This document shows positions 38,949 to 49,829 of a stretch of DNA of 64,000 nucleotides, one piece after another. The notes below the pieces were generated by a model. The model searched no databases. It saw only the letters and a list, made by a program, of their open reading frames with translations, and had not been told where the DNA came from. The translations under genes were made by a program, and so were the position numbers. Positions within the stretch are counted from its first letter, which is position 1. Each line of letters opens with the position of its first letter. The stretch is from Aureliella sp. (GTDB lineage: Bacteria > Planctomycetota > Planctomycetia > Pirellulales > Pirellulaceae). The DNA is taken from assembly GCA_963691875.1 (NCBI GenBank), contig OY829846.1:864001-928000 (forward strand), read 5' to 3'.

Positions 38949-39107
38949 GCCAAAATTAATTTCCTAAAGTGGTCTCCTACCTCACTCATCCGCAGGCTAC
39001 CGATATATTGACCTGTTTAAAGTCCGATATCCCTCAAAACGACGCTGGCGACGGTAAACACCGACAGAGCGGGCACGGGTTCGAGACGTTTTCTAAGGAA
39101 CCTTGCA

Positions 39108-40910
39108 GTGCATGTCAAACAAATTCCTCAATGTCGACCGATTTTCTACACATTATGGCTAACTCTCGCAACCTTTTTCGCCGGCCCTCCACTCACCTTG
39201 GGCGCGACTTCGCCACCAAACGTGTTGATCGTTCTCACGGACGACCAAGGCTGGGGTGATTTATCGCTGAATGGGAATAAAAACCTCAACACGCCGCGTA
39301 TTGATTCACTGGCAAAAAACGGGGTACAGTTCGATCGATTCTATGTCTGCGCGGTTTGTTCGCCAACGCGTGCCGAGTTCTTGACAGGCCGTTATCACGC
39401 TCGTAGCGGCGTCTATAGCACCTCTGCGGGGGGCGAACGCATGAACCTAGACGAAACAACGATCGCAGACTGCTTTCGCGCCGCTGGCTATCGTACCGGC
39501 GCTTTCGGCAAATGGCACAACGGCATGCAGTACCCTTATCATCCCAATGGTCGCGGCTTCGATGAGTACTACGGCTTCTGTTCGGGACACTGGGGCGATT
39601 ACTTCAGTCCACCGCTCGAACACAACGGTGCTCTAGTACAGGGCGAAGGATTCTGCATCAATGACTTCACGAACAAAGCGATAGACTTCATGAGGGAGGC
39701 CAAACAAGCGGACAAGCCATTCTTTGCCTACCTACCCTTCAACACGCCTCACTCGCCTATGCAAGTTCCTAATCAATACTGGGAGCGATTCAAAGACAAA
39801 GAACTACCGATGCACAATCGTGAACCTCAAAAAGAGGTTCCGAATCATTTGCGCTGTGCTCTAGCGATGTGTGAAAACATCGACTGGAATGTTGGGCGGT
39901 TGCTCGACTTCCTTGAAGAAGAAGAATTGGCTGAAGACACGATCGTAATCTATTTCTGTGACAACGGCCCCAACGGCATTCGATGGAACGGTGGAATGAA
40001 GGGGCGAAAGGGTTCTACTGACGAAGGTGGCGTGCGTTCTCCGCTGCTAATTCGCTGGCCTACCTATTTAGCGCCGGGTCAAACGATCAAGCCTATTGCC
40101 TCGGTGACAGATCTCCTACCCACGCTAACAGAGCTTTGCGGTGTGGAGCGAATCGGAAACAAGCCCCTGGATGGTAAATCGCTTGCTCCTTTACTGCGTC
40201 AAGAAGTGCCGCAAAAGGAATGGCCCGACCGAGTCATCGTCAATCACTGGAAGACAAAGTGCAGCGTTCGAAACCAGCGTTTTCGTTTGGACCATCAAGG
40301 AAAACTGTTCGATATCGTCGCCGATCCTGAGCAACGCAACGACGTCAGTATGAGACACCTAAAAATAAAAGAAATGCTTGCAGCCACACGCGAGAGGCAC
40401 CTGGCAGAAGTCGCCGGTTTCGAAAAGGACGAACGCCCCTTTTTAGTCGGACACCCCGACTATCGCTTTACCCAAGTTCCAGCACGCGACGCGAGTTTCA
40501 CGGGTGGAATCCAGCGATCGAATCGCTTTCCTAACTGTTCTTTCTTGAAAAACTGGACCTCCGAAGAACAGAAGATTTTCTGGGATATCGAGGTTGGTGC
40601 TGCTGCAAGATACAAAGTTCAATTGCAGTACGCTTGTAAGAAAGAAAACGTCGGGGCTCAACTAGAACTAGCAATCGGTGATTCCGTTTTGCCCTTCAAA
40701 ATTGACGTGCCACAAGATCCACCGCTGCGAGGCATGGAGAACGACAGATTCAAGAGGACCGAGTCCTACGTAAAGGACTTCAAGACAATTGAGATCGGAC
40801 AAATGTTCATGTCCGCCGGATCAGGACGTCTCGAACTACGTGCGAAATCCATTCCTGGTAACGAAGCAATCGAGTTCCGTTTGCTCATGTTTGAGCGACT
40901 CGACGACTAG
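39108..40910 (+). CDS. Arylsulfatase (formylglycine type) with a C-terminal beta-sandwich extension
   Basis: PNVLIVLTDDQG, CSPTRA, GKWH and DNG. Start uncertain. Confidence 0.92.
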   Translation: MHVKQIPQCRPIFYTLWLTLATFFAGPPLTLGATSPPNVLIVLTDDQGWGDLSLNGNKNLNTPRIDSLAKNGVQFDRFYVCAVCSPTRAEFLTGRYHARSGVYSTSAGGERMNLDETTIADCFRAAGYRTGAFGKWHNGMQYPYHPNGRGFDEYYGFCSGHWGDYFSPPLEHNGALVQGEGFCINDFTNKAIDFMREAKQADKPFFAYLPFNTPHSPMQVPNQYWERFKDKELPMHNREPQKEVPNHLRCALAMCENIDWNVGRLLDFLEEEELAEDTIVIYFCDNGPNGIRWNGGMKGRKGSTDEGGVRSPLLIRWPTYLAPGQTIKPIASVTDLLPTLTELCGVERIGNKPLDGKSLAPLLRQEVPQKEWPDRVIVNHWKTKCSVRNQRFRLDHQGKLFDIVADPEQRNDVSMRHLKIKEMLAATRERHLAEVAGFEKDERPFLVGHPDYRFTQVPARDASFTGGIQRSNRFPNCSFLKNWTSEEQKIFWDIEVGAAARYKVQLQYACKKENVGAQLELAIGDSVLPFKIDVPQDPPLRGMENDRFKRTESYVKDFKTIEIGQMFMSAGSGRLELRAKSIPGNEAIEFRLLMFERLDD

Positions 40911-40977
40911 CCTGTGTTCAATAACTTGGGACGCAAATGAGCGAAAAGTCGCTAGTTCCCAACGAGATGACCAGATT

Positions 40978-42378
40978 TCAGTCCTCGAAGAGATTCGGCG
41001 TATCAGGATACAGCGGACGTTCCTTTGCGTCCTTTTTCTGTATACCTCCCGGCACCGGTGGACAGCGATCGAGGAGATACTTTAGCTCTCTCCTGATCTC
41101 AGCTGCTTGGCCTGTCACCGTTGCAGCCAGGTCATTGGCTTCATCAAGATCAATCGGCACCTCAAAGTAGCGTCCATCTCGGTATAGCTTGTAGTTGGCC
41201 GTTCGAGCGAACTGCCCCGGCTTCTTGTTCCAATAGCACTGGTAATGGCAAAGCACCCAGTTGCGAAGATTGCCCTCCTGGCCGTTCAGCTGCGGGAAGA
41301 AACTACGCCCGTCTATCGGCTCTTTCACGGAAGCCTTCGTACCCGATACATCGGAGAGCGTAGCGTAAAAATCCGTGAAATCGATTAAATCCGGTAGCAC
41401 CGTTCCTTTCGGTGTGTGCCCCGTCCAGCGAGCAACAAATGGCACGTGCGTTCCGTTGTCTTTCATGCCTGCCTTGCCGCCACGAATCTCAGTCCCTTTC
41501 CATTGCGAGCGAATTCCGACATTCGTTCCGTTGTCGGCGGTAAACATGATGATCGTTTCTTCGCTCAATCCTAGTTCATCGACCTTGTCCGTGATGCGAC
41601 CGACCAACTTATCCATGTATTCCACCATGGCAACAAAATTCTTCTTCCGCGGCTCGTAGCCTTTCGGAGCTTTGTTCAAGCCATGATTAATGGGAGCATC
41701 ACCGACGTTGTCCGGAGTGGGAACAAAAGGATCGTGAACCAGCACCATTGGGTAGTAAACGAAGAAAGGTCCATCTTGATTGCGTTCCATAAAATTGCAG
41801 ACGAATTCCGTCAGCAGATCGGGCCCGTACTTGCCCGCGTTCTCTTCTTTCGTAATAAACTTCCCGTTGTGCTCCAAAGGCGGATCCCAGAATCGTTCAC
41901 CACCATCGCCGCCTTTCCCTCGAGTGACTTGCCAAAGCAGCGATTCGTGAAAGCCCGCCTTTTGAGGTCGCACCGGATCGTCGCTACCGGGCAAAGTATT
42001 GTACAAGCCGTTGAGCTGCCATTTGCCGGCGATCGCAGTTTGATACCCCGCATCCTGCATCATGTGTCCAAAGGTGCGTTCCTTCGGGTTCAAGTAACCA
42101 AAGTGCGTATAGTTTCGGAAGCCGTACTTTCCGGTCATAATCTTGACGCGAGAGGGAGTGCAGATGGGAGTCGAATAGCAGTGCTCGAATCGAATGCCCT
42201 CGGCCGCTAGTCGATCGATGTTCGGCGTCTTGTAATCTTCGCCACCGTAGCACCCGAAGCATTCCCAACTGACGTCATCAGCCATGATCAGAACCAAATT
42301 CGGTTGGTCCTTGGCGATTGAGAGGTTGCAAGTGAGCAATAGGATGGAAGCAGAGGCTATATGAAGAGGGAAACTCAC
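40978..42378 (-). CDS. Sulfatase
   Basis: Signal peptide, PNLVLIMADD, CTPSR, GKWQL and ADNG. Confidence 0.92.
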   Translation of the reverse strand: MSFPLHIASASILLLTCNLSIAKDQPNLVLIMADDVSWECFGCYGGEDYKTPNIDRLAAEGIRFEHCYSTPICTPSRVKIMTGKYGFRNYTHFGYLNPKERTFGHMMQDAGYQTAIAGKWQLNGLYNTLPGSDDPVRPQKAGFHESLLWQVTRGKGGDGGERFWDPPLEHNGKFITKEENAGKYGPDLLTEFVCNFMERNQDGPFFVYYPMVLVHDPFVPTPDNVGDAPINHGLNKAPKGYEPRKKNFVAMVEYMDKLVGRITDKVDELGLSEETIIMFTADNGTNVGIRSQWKGTEIRGGKAGMKDNGTHVPFVARWTGHTPKGTVLPDLIDFTDFYATLSDVSGTKASVKEPIDGRSFFPQLNGQEGNLRNWVLCHYQCYWNKKPGQFARTANYKLYRDGRYFEVPIDLDEANDLAATVTGQAAEIRRELKYLLDRCPPVPGGIQKKDAKERPLYPDTPNLFED

Positions 42379-42518
42379 GTTGCTTTTCCGAATAGAGGGA
42401 GGGGCTATGCGGAGCAGCGGCGGAATGGCTTCTCCAGGATTACACAGGATAACTGAATTTCAGCACGATCGACACATGCGGCGAAGCTCGCTGTGACTCC
42501 CCACTCACGCCTGAGTTA

Positions 42519-44027
42519 CTATCGTTTCGGCCGCGGTACAGGATCGGGATAGCGAGCCAAAATGTTTTTCAGTTCGTCCAGAATCTCAGGCGACTCCTTG
42601 GCAATGTTGATTTCTTCTACTGCAGAACTCGAATAGTCATAGAGTTCGTACTCTGGCTTCGCGTCGCGGTTGTTGAGTGGTTGCCACTCCACTAGGCGAT
42701 AGCGTTCCGTACGAATCGCACGGCCGAGTTTTCTTTTTGGATACGCGTGATATGCATGATCTCGCACTCGGGCACTCCCGTCCTTCAGCACTGGCACAAG
42801 ACTTACACCGTCGAGCCGCTGAGTCACGTCCGGTTCCCCTAGGCCCGCGATTTCAGCAATGGTCGGGAAAATATCCACGCTTTCAGCCAACTGCTTCGTA
42901 GATGCCCCTGCTTCCGTCACTCCTGGTGCCCGAATCAGAATCGGAATGCGATTGGCTTGCTCGTAGTTCGTATGCTTAGTCCAAATCCCAAGATCCCCCA
43001 GGTGCCAACCGTGGTCTCCCCAGAGAACCACGAGCGTACTCTGATCTAGCTCGAGCCGTTCGAGCTCGTTGAGTACTTTGCCAATTTGTGCATCAACATA
43101 GGCAGTGCTGGCATAGTAGCCATGAATCAGGTCGCGTTTTAATTCACTCGAGAACTCTGCTTGCGGGTCCGCTGGAACCGGCTTGAAATTGCAGATCTCA
43201 CCGCCCCTTTTGTGGCCAGCGGAAACGGACTGCGATGGCAAACCTTCGATCTCTGGCATCGGAAGTTTATCTGGATCAAACAAATCCCAGTACTTTTGCG
43301 GCGCGCTGAACGGCAAATGCGGTCTTGCAAATCCCGCGACCATAAAGAACGGAGTACCTTCTGCCGACCTCCGTTTCTTGGCTTGCTGAAGTCGCTGAAT
43401 CGTTTCGTTTGCGACTCGGCCATCTGCGTAAGCTTCGTCCTGCACATCAGGCGATTCGAAGGCCGCACCGCGAGGCAGAGAGCGGATTTGTCCAAGTTTC
43501 TGATTGGTGAAAAATGCCTCTTCCCGGGTCAGTTGACCTCCGTCGGTGCTATCTGGTTCCAAGTACTCGATCACCTTCTCGTGGAAGTGGTCAACCTGGA
43601 ATGAATCGGGATCACCGAAATTACCGTGCCCAATGTGAAAAACTTTGCCAAGCGATTCCGTTCGGTATCCCTTCGACGCGAAGAACTGAGGCATCGTGAT
43701 CGCATCCGGCAACACATCGCGCAGCTGACTGCCGAGCCCATAGAGACCTGTGGTGGTGGAGTGTGATCCGAGCAACAAAGTGAATCGCGAAGGAGCGCAG
43801 ACTGCTTGATTGCAGTAAGCGAGATCGAATCGCATCCCACTGTTCGCTAACGCATCGATGTTTGGCGTGTGAGCGAACTTGTCACCGTAAGCTCCGATAT
43901 TCGGCTTTAGGTCATCCACCAACAGCAGAAGCACATTCGGCTTGTCCTGGGCCTTAGCGCAGCAGCTGACTAGGCACAGTTGTAGGAGTACAGCGAACTG
44001 CAGATTCAGCGTGAGGCGTCGATACAT
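42519..44027 (-). CDS. Sulfatase (iduronate-2-sulfatase-like)
   Basis: PNVLLLLVDDL, CAPSR, GKVFH, RPHLPF and GDHGWHLG..W.KHT. Confidence 0.92.
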   Translation of the reverse strand: MYRRLTLNLQFAVLLQLCLVSCCAKAQDKPNVLLLLVDDLKPNIGAYGDKFAHTPNIDALANSGMRFDLAYCNQAVCAPSRFTLLLGSHSTTTGLYGLGSQLRDVLPDAITMPQFFASKGYRTESLGKVFHIGHGNFGDPDSFQVDHFHEKVIEYLEPDSTDGGQLTREEAFFTNQKLGQIRSLPRGAAFESPDVQDEAYADGRVANETIQRLQQAKKRRSAEGTPFFMVAGFARPHLPFSAPQKYWDLFDPDKLPMPEIEGLPSQSVSAGHKRGGEICNFKPVPADPQAEFSSELKRDLIHGYYASTAYVDAQIGKVLNELERLELDQSTLVVLWGDHGWHLGDLGIWTKHTNYEQANRIPILIRAPGVTEAGASTKQLAESVDIFPTIAEIAGLGEPDVTQRLDGVSLVPVLKDGSARVRDHAYHAYPKRKLGRAIRTERYRLVEWQPLNNRDAKPEYELYDYSSSAVEEINIAKESPEILDELKNILARYPDPVPRPKR

Positions 44028-44199
44028 GGGTTCATGAGTCTCGTGTGAATGGTAACTTGCATCAAGGTCTTGGAAGGAAGCAAGATTGTAGACAAAGCAA
44101 AGTAGGTTTGTGCTTCGTCAGAAAAGAATCAAATCTTCCTTTGCAAACTGAGCCGGCCCTTACCGCGGGATCAACGCCACTCGAGAGCATAGAATCAGG

Positions 44200-45142
44200 G
44201 ACCGACGATTGAAACTCGTCCTGAAGCGAAGCAAGAAGCCATAGAATAATAAACGTAGGCAGCATCAACATCTCGAAGCCTTAGAGCAACAGGATGCAGA
44301 TCGACTTGAAGGTGGCAAGCTCTGTCAAAGGTGGTCTTGAGACTCAACGCGGTGTAGACGACAAATACGAACGTAACTGGAGGTATTAGCAGGTCTCGTC
44401 ATCAAGAGATTGGTAGGAACAATAGTTGTCCTAAGCCAAGGAAAAGGAAGAGTTTAAAAGGAGGCAGTAGACGGCTGCGTGAGCAAAGTTGCGTCGCTGC
44501 TTTCTGTGAAAAACAGGAACCCAAGCTGCCAGCATTGAAATCAACAGTGTGATAGACCGTAGGTGATTCGCACCAATTGCTTGCGATAGGCCGCAATACC
44601 TTCCCGGTGTATAGAATGCAGGCAAAGTTCCGCCAATTAGTACTTCCACGTCCCGTTCTCGAGTCCCAATTCCGCGAGGTATATCTCAATAGCCTTGTCA
44701 TCGCGTTTGATTTATTCAAGCTTATGAAAAGGAAACGTAAGGGCGAATCCTGGCATCAGAATACGGTCACGTCAACGGATGCATTGGCTTGAAATTCTTA
44801 ATCCTCAACGGGTTGCGAAGCGGTTGATTCGATCAGTAAGAACACCAGACCTGCAGCTAGCATAACCAATGCTACCGGAGTCAAATATCAAACGTGTTTT
44901 CGCTCGATTTAGTCACTACTCAGTTGGCCAGGACGAAACAGAAGCGTCCTCATGCTGCGGATGAATATTCCGTCATACCACATTAGGTTTTTGGAAGCAT
45001 CGCCAAGCAAATCCCGAACTCGAATCTCACGTGGGCCAACCTTCTGACTGCGAATATTGCAATACTTTGCATGCTCTGCGAGCGACTGCTAGCACTTCCC
45101 GCATTGGCCAGTTTGAGTGCTGGATTTGGAAGTGCGCTTCAA
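44200..45142 (-). pseudogene. Decayed DUF3667-like membrane protein gene
   Basis: One frame reads QCGKC*QSLAEHAKYCNIRSQK...DLLGD...YDGIFIRSMRTLLFRPGQLSSD*IERKHV*YLTPVALVML; hydrophobic fragments follow in other frames. Ends approximate. Confidence 0.7.
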
Positions 45143-45380
45143 TGCGTTTCCGCCGCAATTGAGAACGAAAAATGAGGAGTATAAGGTTCGCTTGCCTCCG
45201 AATTAAACCAGAGCCTTCCGGCCAAGACGCGGATAGTCTCGTGCCATGATCCCCCTTACTTTCCCGAAGATTTAGGCCTTGTAAGGCCTTATAGGCTGGT
45301 AGGCGAACTAAGGTATAGAGGATCTACCGGCTAAGCCCAATCACGTTGCTGTATTTCCAACCGCAATTTGGCTGAACAAG

Positions 45381-48300
45381 ATGCTGTTTTCATTAGAGAA
45401 TTGGACACAACTGACAATGCCACGCCTTTTGATGCCTAAATGGCAAACGCCGAGTTACACACTCTGTTTAATCCTTCTTCTCGCAAATACCCCTACCCTC
45501 CAAGCCCAGGACTCTGACGAGCCCAAAGACGAAGCCCCCGGAATCAATTCGGGCTTGGTCTCACCACTGAAATTCCGAAGTCTTGGTCCCGCTCTCATGT
45601 CGGGGCGAATTGGCGACATTGTGGTAGATCCGGTGGACCGATCAACTTGGTACGTTGCAGCTTCTTCGGGTGGAGTCTGGAAGACAACGAATGCTGGAGT
45701 AACATTCTCGCCGATCTTTGATGGCTACGGGTCTTACTCCATTGGCTGTTTGGCTCTCGATCCCAACGATCGATTCACAGTTTGGGTTGGAACAGGCGAA
45801 AACAACTCCCAACGCTCCGTTGGCTATGGAGACGGACTATACAAGTCGACCGACGGTGGCCAAAGCTTCAAGAAGGTCGGTCTGGGAGAAAGTGAGCACA
45901 TCGGGATGATCGCAGTGCACCCGAACGATGGTGACACGGTTTTCGTTGCTGCCCAAGGACCACTTTGGCGATCTGGCGACGACAGAGGTCTTTACAAGAC
46001 GACTGACGGGGGGAAAAACTGGTCCAAAATTCTCGACATCAGCCCCGATACTGGTATCAACGAGGTCCACATTGATCCGAACAACCCGGACATCATGTAC
46101 GCTTCTTCCTACCAGCGAAGACGCCACACTTGGGTGTTAATTGATGGTGGACCAGAATCAACTGTCTACAAGTCAACCGACGGTGGCGACAATTGGCGAA
46201 AAATCGACCGTGGTCTGCCTGGTGGCGACAAGGGACGTATCGGTCTAGATATCTCGCCTATCAACCCAGAGATCCTCTACGCCGTGGTTGAAGCTGCTGG
46301 CGGCCAAAGTGGATTCTATCGCAGTTCGAACCGAGGCGAGACATGGCGTCGAATGAGTGATGCAGTTTCCGGTAGCCCGCAATATTACAACGAAATCGTC
46401 GCCTGTCCTCACAAGCTCGATAGGATCTATCTGCTAGATACCTACATGCGAGTTTCCGAAGACGGCGGTGAAAGCTTTAGCAGCCTTGGCGAAGCGGATA
46501 AGCACGTCGACAACCATGCAATCGTGATTGACCCGAACGACGCAGAGCATCTTATCATTGGCTGTGACGGAGGGGTTTATGAGTCCTGGGACCGCGGACG
46601 GACGTACGACTTCAAACAGAATTTGCCGCTGACTCAGTTCTACAAAGTCGCTGTTTCCAACGACGAGCCATTCTATTATGTCTACGGTGGAACACAGGAT
46701 AATGCGACTCAAGGTGGCCCATCTCAGACCAACAATATCCACGGCATACGCAATCAAGACTGGTTCATCACCGTCTTCGGCGATGGCTTTGATCCCGCGG
46801 TAGATCCGAATGACCCTGACACCATCTACTCGCAGTGGCAATACGGCGGTTTGGTGCGATTCAATCGCAAAACCGGTGAAAGGGTCGATATTCGCCCGCG
46901 TGAATCCAAGGATGGCCCAGCGCTTCGCTGGAACTGGGATTCGGCTCTGATGATTTCGCCCCATGATTCCAACCGCATATACTACGGGTCACAAATTCTG
47001 TTCCGAAGCGATGATCAAGGGAACAACTGGGAACCAGTGAGCGAGGATCTTTCCAAGCAGATCGACCGCAACAAACTAAAAGTCATGGGACGCGTCTGGG
47101 GCGTTGATGCCGTTGCTAAGAATGCTTCGACTTCGCTCTACGGCACCATCGTCTCAGTGGACGAATCACCACTGGTCGAAGGCTTGATCTACGCTGGAAC
47201 CGATGACGGCCGAGTCTCTGTCACCGAAGATGGTGGCAAAACCTGGAACTCGATCGACACCTTTGGCAATTTAGATGTACCTGAGTTCGGATACATCAAC
47301 GACATCGAAGCTGACTTGTTCGACAAAGACACCGTTTACGTGGCAGTGAACAACCACAAGCGTGGTGACTTCAAACCATACGTTGTCAAGTCAACGGATC
47401 GTGGCAAAACGTGGGAAACCATCACGAGTAACCTGCCGGAGCGAGGAAGCGTCTACACGCTAAAGCAAGACCACAAGAATGCACAACTTCTATTCTGCGG
47501 CACCGAGTTTGGCTGCTTCTTCACGCTTGATGGCGGCCAAAAGTGGGTCCAATTGCGATCCGGCATTCCTACCATTGCTGTGCGGGACATCGAGATACAG
47601 CGACGTGACGATGCCTTGGTACTAGCCTCCTTCGGCCGTGGATTTTACGTTCTCGATGACTACTCACCGCTCCGTGAAGTCACCGCAGAAACCAGCAAGA
47701 GCAATCACATGTTCCCAATCAAGAAGGGTAAGATGTTCCGACGCATCAATCCGCTCGGATCAGGCCTGCGTGGCTTCCAAGGAGCGAATTACTACGAGGC
47801 GTCCAACCCTGAATTTGGCGTTAGATTTACTTTCTATCTCAAGGAATCTTTGACAACGGAGAAGAGTAGGCGTCAGAAGAAAGACAGAGCATCCAGTTCC
47901 GCTAGGAAAGATACGCCTTACCCAAGCTGGGCAGAACTCAAAGCTGAGGACCGCGAGGTTTCACCGCGCCGCTGGCTGACAATTCGTGATGCGGACGGCA
48001 ATGTTGTTCGTCGCATGAACACCAGCACCGGCAAAGGCATGGTTCACACCTACTGGGACTTCACTACCGCTGGATTCGGTGGACGCGGTCCGACAGCTGT
48101 GCCAGGAAAGTACACGGTAGACGTGCAGCAGATGGTGAATGGAGAAGTAACTCAAATCATTGCGGCCCAAGAATTTGAGATAGAGCCTCTCACTTTCGGA
48201 GACACCTCTGAAATCGATCGCCAAGCGATTCTCGAATTTAGCCAGGAGATCGCGAAGTTGGGCAACGTCGTCTCGGCCGCATCTGCCCTAGCTTCCGAGG

Positions 48301-48689
48301 CGGCAGATCACCTCGCCGCAGTCGAACGTTTGACATCCAGTTCTACCGAGGCTGATCCAGCCATGTGGGCAGAGATTCGCAAGCTGCAGGTTCGTTTGTT
48401 GGATCTAGAAGAGAAGTTCTCCGGAGATCCAACCAAGTCAGCACGGAACGAAAGCGCGAAGCCTGGTCTGCAATCCCGATTGCGAACTGCAATGTTTGGC
48501 GCGATGGGCAGTACGACTGGGCCAACTGGCACGCATCGTCGGCAGTTTGAGATCGCCGGCGAACTCTACCTCGAGCTCGAAGCGGAATTGCGACAACTCG
48601 TCGAGCGAGATGTACCGCGTGTATTAACCAAGTTCGATTCGATTGGTGCACCTTGGACTCCTGGGCGCAAACTTCCGAAGTGGAAGTGA
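45381..48689 (+). CDS. Secreted BNR/Asp-box (VPS10/sortilin-like) beta-propeller glycosyl-hydrolase-like protein
   Basis: FRSLGP..SGRI, many S/TxDGGxxW/F Asp-boxes, GGTQDN and helical C-terminus. True start may be 45417 or 45432. Confidence 0.88.
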   Translation: MLFSLENWTQLTMPRLLMPKWQTPSYTLCLILLLANTPTLQAQDSDEPKDEAPGINSGLVSPLKFRSLGPALMSGRIGDIVVDPVDRSTWYVAASSGGVWKTTNAGVTFSPIFDGYGSYSIGCLALDPNDRFTVWVGTGENNSQRSVGYGDGLYKSTDGGQSFKKVGLGESEHIGMIAVHPNDGDTVFVAAQGPLWRSGDDRGLYKTTDGGKNWSKILDISPDTGINEVHIDPNNPDIMYASSYQRRRHTWVLIDGGPESTVYKSTDGGDNWRKIDRGLPGGDKGRIGLDISPINPEILYAVVEAAGGQSGFYRSSNRGETWRRMSDAVSGSPQYYNEIVACPHKLDRIYLLDTYMRVSEDGGESFSSLGEADKHVDNHAIVIDPNDAEHLIIGCDGGVYESWDRGRTYDFKQNLPLTQFYKVAVSNDEPFYYVYGGTQDNATQGGPSQTNNIHGIRNQDWFITVFGDGFDPAVDPNDPDTIYSQWQYGGLVRFNRKTGERVDIRPRESKDGPALRWNWDSALMISPHDSNRIYYGSQILFRSDDQGNNWEPVSEDLSKQIDRNKLKVMGRVWGVDAVAKNASTSLYGTIVSVDESPLVEGLIYAGTDDGRVSVTEDGGKTWNSIDTFGNLDVPEFGYINDIEADLFDKDTVYVAVNNHKRGDFKPYVVKSTDRGKTWETITSNLPERGSVYTLKQDHKNAQLLFCGTEFGCFFTLDGGQKWVQLRSGIPTIAVRDIEIQRRDDALVLASFGRGFYVLDDYSPLREVTAETSKSNHMFPIKKGKMFRRINPLGSGLRGFQGANYYEASNPEFGVRFTFYLKESLTTEKSRRQKKDRASSSARKDTPYPSWAELKAEDREVSPRRWLTIRDADGNVVRRMNTSTGKGMVHTYWDFTTAGFGGRGPTAVPGKYTVDVQQMVNGEVTQIIAAQEFEIEPLTFGDTSEIDRQAILEFSQEIAKLGNVVSAASALASEAADHLAAVERLTSSSTEADPAMWAEIRKLQVRLLDLEEKFSGDPTKSARNESAKPGLQSRLRTAMFGAMGSTTGPTGTHRRQFEIAGELYLELEAELRQLVERDVPRVLTKFDSIGAPWTPGRKLPKWK

Positions 48690-48724
48690 GCTCTTGAATT
48701 AAGAAGAGAGACTAAAAGGAACTG

Positions 48725-48756
48725 ACGCGGTTGCGAAATGGTAACCGCGTTTTTTC
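48725..48756 (+). terminator. Intrinsic terminator
   Basis: ACGCGGTTGC-GAAATG-GTAACCGCGT followed by a T-run. Confidence 0.8.
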
Positions 48757-48860
48757 TATTTGAGTCTCCCCTTACTTCGGCGCGTCGCGGCTACGCAACG
48801 CAATCCTCCCTGTTCAAGTACGCTAAATCATCTCCATACACCTGTGGTTACCCGGTCGCG

Positions 48861-48880
48861 CAGACTGTGACAGACTGTGA
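48861..48880. repeat. Perfect 10-bp tandem duplication
   Basis: CAGACTGTGA CAGACTGTGA. Confidence 0.8.
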
Positions 48881-49626
48881 ATAAGGCGTAGGGGGTTGTT
48901 TGAAGTTCCTGCCCTCATCAGCGTAACAACCGATACGACGAATCGGCTAACTCGTGTTCGACTCAAGGTAATTGCATTTGCTTTGCCGGAATCTGTGCTT
49001 TCTTACAAAGTAGTGCCACTCCCCCTCATCACCTCATCCTTGATGCAAGTCCATCGCATCTCGCCCAAGCGATGACTGACTCTTTGATTTGGAACTGTTT
49101 CTGTGTCGAGGGTTCAGCAGCAAGTGCTCGACGGATCGGCGAGCTTCAAAAGCTGATTAGCTCTCATTTGAAAGAAATTAAAAGGTGCAGCAGCCTGGAA
49201 GTCGGCGTTGCAATAAACCAGTTCATTCTTGAACGCCTGATCAAAGCCGAGTCCGACGGGATCAAAACCGGGTCGTCAGCTACAAAATCATTGGCTTGTT
49301 ACACACAGGCGAAGAAACGCTCCAGTTCACCGACGTTGAGCCGACGAGTGCGCCCCGGTTCTTTCGGTTCCTTATTCGGATTCTGGAATATCTTGGGTGC
49401 ACAAGCGATTGGAAAAGGCTCCTCTCATTCATGCCGAGACAAGCGCAATTTTCGCCGAAGCTCCAAGGATGGCCCGCGTATTGACCTCGAAATCTGCCAC
49501 TCCCGCGACCTTACCCTGCGAGAGCGAAAAATTTCTTTACTTAGCCACGTTCAGTTTTTGCGAGCATTTCACAATGGTCTTTTTGCTAAGAATCGACAAT
49601 TTTAAGGTGAAACCAACTAACGCTAT

Positions 49627-49655
49627 TTGACTGTAAAGGGAGAATCTGCTGTAAT
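49627..49655 (+). promoter_or_regulatory. Putative sigma70-type promoter for the DUF1559 gene
   Basis: TTGACT-17 bp-TGTAAT with an extended -10 TG at 49647-49648. Confidence 0.55.
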
Positions 49656-49829
49656 ATCCTCAAATACCAACCTAGTCAACCCCATTGTGACTAATTTACC
49701 TACGACTTTTCGTCGTCACCACCGCAGGTCATCCTTCCCGATTTGGCCTACGTACCTCTCGAAGAAACCTCAGCTACACCTCCGTGTGTAGATTCCTTTT
49801 TTTTGTTTCTGGTTTTAGGGAAAGTTGCT

